Positions 24,412 to 26,538 of a stretch of 26,538 nucleotides of DNA are shown here, one piece after another. The DNA comes from Candidatus Fibrimonadales bacterium (GTDB lineage: Bacteria; Fibrobacterota; Fibrobacteria; Fibrobacterales; Fibrobacteraceae): assembly GCA_009777135.1 (NCBI GenBank), contig WRMM01000001.1, positions 1 through 26,538 of the forward strand. Reading direction: 5' to 3'. The notes beneath the pieces were generated by a model that was given only the letters and a program-made list of their open reading frames with translations, made no database searches and had not been told where the DNA came from. Position 1 is the stretch's first letter, and the number at the start of each line of letters is the position of its first letter. A program made the position numbers and the translations under genes.

Positions 24412-25293
24412 TTAGATTTTAAACAGAGCATTCAAAGCATTCTCCTTTGCCTTGTTCAGTTTGTTTTTTAAATCAATGTCTTCGGTGGCAAAATATTTTA
24501 TGGCTAGTTTTTCTAGGCAAGACAAATCTTTTATTAGCTGGCGTAGTTCTTCTTTGCTTAGGTTTTTCAAATTTGCAAGCTGTTTTTCTATTTGTTGTTG
24601 CGCAAGAGCAATGTTTGTTTCTTTGGTTTGGGTTTGTTGAGCAGCCTGCTTTTCTTCAAGGGAAATTTTTTGCTCAATAACCTTGCCGTCTGCAGAAACA
24701 AAAACCAAAAGACCGCCAGGAGCTAAAAGCCTTATTGCGTTATTCAAAACATCGCCGGAATTTGGAAAGTTTTCCGAATTGTTCATTACGCAAAAATCAA
24801 AATAGTTCTCCTGCAAAGATAAGGTTTGCGGAGAAGTTATGTGTAAATTTAAACTATCTGCGGCGTTTCCATACTCCTGCAAAAATAAAAGCCATCCCTG
24901 ATTTAGCAAGGTATTAGAAACGCAATGCACCATATTCTCTTCGTTAAATTCACTTGCAATGTATGTTAAAAAATAACTGAGCAATCCCTGCTCCGCGCCC
25001 AATTCTAAAATATTGTAAGGGCGGTGTTTCTGAATGAGCATTTTTACAAGCTTGCCAATCACTTCTAAAATGCAAAGCAGGCTCTGCGGACTTTTTGGAA
25101 TTTGAGAAAGGCTGCCGTAAAGCTCTGCAACCTTGTTAAGAATGCTGAAAATAGATTCCGTTTCATAACCTAATTTGCTAATAATTGGAAGCTTGCTTAA
25201 ATTTTCGCTATAGCCGCTTAGCGAGAGAATCAGCTTATCTTTTTCTCCGCTTTCTGAAAAATAAAAATTGAAATTATCCAAAATGACTTTCAT
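24412..25293 (-). CDS. Class I SAM-dependent methyltransferase-like protein with C-terminal coiled-coil
   Basis: NILELGAEQG (motif I-like), YFDFCVM, LLAPGGLLVF. ATG directly follows the upstream TGA. Confidence 0.6.
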   Translation of the reverse strand: MKVILDNFNFYFSESGEKDKLILSLSGYSENLSKLPIISKLGYETESIFSILNKVAELYGSLSQIPKSPQSLLCILEVIGKLVKMLIQKHRPYNILELGAEQGLLSYFLTYIASEFNEENMVHCVSNTLLNQGWLLFLQEYGNAADSLNLHITSPQTLSLQENYFDFCVMNNSENFPNSGDVLNNAIRLLAPGGLLVFVSADGKVIEQKISLEEKQAAQQTQTKETNIALAQQQIEKQLANLKNLSKEELRQLIKDLSCLEKLAIKYFATEDIDLKNKLNKAKENALNALFKI

Positions 25294-26444
25294 TCATAGC
25301 CCTCCAAACAATAAATGATTTATTCTGTTTGAAATCAAATCCCAGTCAAAATTGCTTTTGGCATATTGAATGGACTTTTCTGCAGAGCTTTGCCAGATTT
25401 TTTCATTGGGGCAAACTTCCAAAAGGATTTTCGCAAGCGCATTAAAATCCCCAATGGGAAAAGAACGCCCGCAGTTTCCATTGTCGGTAATATCATTTGC
25501 CGCATCTACTTCGCTCGTTATTGTAAAACATCCGTGAAACAATGCTTCTGCAACAACATTCGGCGCTCCCTCGGCAGCGGAAGTCAAAGCAAAAATTTTT
25601 GCCCTTGCATATTCAGCATAAAGCTTTTCTTTGTCCGTTACATTGCCCAAAAACTCAACGCGCCTTTTAAGGTCCGGGAAATTCTTGAAATAATTATCTA
25701 TAAATCCATTGAAATCCGGGTGTATTGGTCCTGCAAGGCGAAGCTTCCAGCTTGGCAATTTATCTGCTGCCATCGCAAACGCCGTCAAAAGAATATCGTT
25801 TGCCTTTTGCTTTGTGCCAATGCGCCCAACTGTTAGGATTGTGTTTTGTTTGGGGGGGATGATAACCATAAAAATCCGTTTGGTATATGCTCAATAATAA
25901 AGTCAGGCCATTTTTTGTTTAAAAATTCTGTCATTTTATAACAGGAGGTGGAAATCAAATCGCAATTGCTTAATGAATTATAATACAGCGGTTCTTTCCA
26001 GGGAATATTATCCATCCAAAAACCATTTGCATCAAGATATAAATAAACTTTGCCATTTGGGCGTTTTTGCTTGTAGGCTTGCAATATGAAACAAGTTGTA
26101 TGATAAAGCCCTCTTAAAATCAAGGCATCCATTTTTTGATGATTTTCATTTATATAATTTATTTGATTGCTTATAAGAGCTTCTAGGCAACCATTTGAGC
26201 TTGGGATAAAATCCATTTCAAGCCCGGGCAAATGCGATAGATATGAATAATCGCCCATGTTTTCCCCAACCAGAACGGCTTTGCAGCCAAAATTTTTATG
26301 CAGCATAAAAGGGATAAGCCCGCACTCTTTTAAAAGCTGGGCATTGTCCCAATGATTGCACTGACTAGCAAGAGAATAAACAGCTATCTTGTCCACGGCT
26401 TCGGTCTTTATTTTGTTTATCAAGTGCTGCAAATCTTCTGCCAT
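25294..26444 (-). pseudogene. GT4 glycosyltransferase split into two ORFs by a one-base frameshift near a C7 tract (pseudogene, phase-variable gene or sequencing error)
   Basis: N-half ends IPNGFLWLSSPPNKTQS*. C-half has ILTVGRIG..QK, FALTS..EGAPNVVAEALFHG. Adding one base gives one 383-aa ORF. Confidence 0.8.
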
Positions 26445-26465
26445 AATTAAATCTCCAATGAAGGG

Positions 26466-26476
26466 AATATAGAAAA
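26466..26476 (-). promoter_or_regulatory. -10 motif TTTTCTATATT upstream of the GT gene, followed by SD GGAG
   Basis: Exact copy of the recurring motif, 21 nt before ATG 26444. Confidence 0.55.
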
Positions 26477-26538
26477 TTAAAATCCGCCCATAATGCCTAA
26501 AGATATTTGGCCCAGCCAGCTTTCTCCAAATGCTTTTC

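Overview
Bacterial chromosomal window. The gene content and the Ser-rich linker plus short C-terminal sorting-like domain suggest Fibrobacterota, possibly a termite-gut Fibromonadaceae-like lineage (inference only). The left two thirds is a mosaic of housekeeping and envelope genes: a truncated AAA-associated PD-(D/E)XK nuclease, ompH, a PHP-GT4 fusion, rsmD, tRNA-Ser(UGA), a WcaJ-like sugar transferase, a phosphohexomutase fused to a UDP-GlcNAc pyrophosphorylase-like domain, rseP, an NfnA/SudB-like subunit, aroD, a TPR protein, HU/IHF, panC, nuoF and rubrerythrin. Intergenic DNA is rich in 7-nt tandem repeats and REP-like palindromes. The right third is accessory: a 1628-aa modular secreted protein flanked by two co-oriented Rpn-family nuclease genes, then a methyltransferase-like gene and a glycosyltransferase split at a C7 tract. 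Best candidate for an undescribed system: both rpn copies carry the same ~120-bp upstream module, a 47-bp palindrome about 90 bp upstream of a sigma54-type -24/-12 promoter whose predicted start site falls on the start codon. One copy has had its catalytic N-terminus replaced by a MITE-like element but keeps the internal RBS for the small C-terminal product. Also notable: a REP-derived linker joining two sugar-nucleotide enzymes, and a recurring TTTTCTATATT-like -10 motif, often just upstream of start codons lacking a Shine-Dalgarno (SD) sequence.
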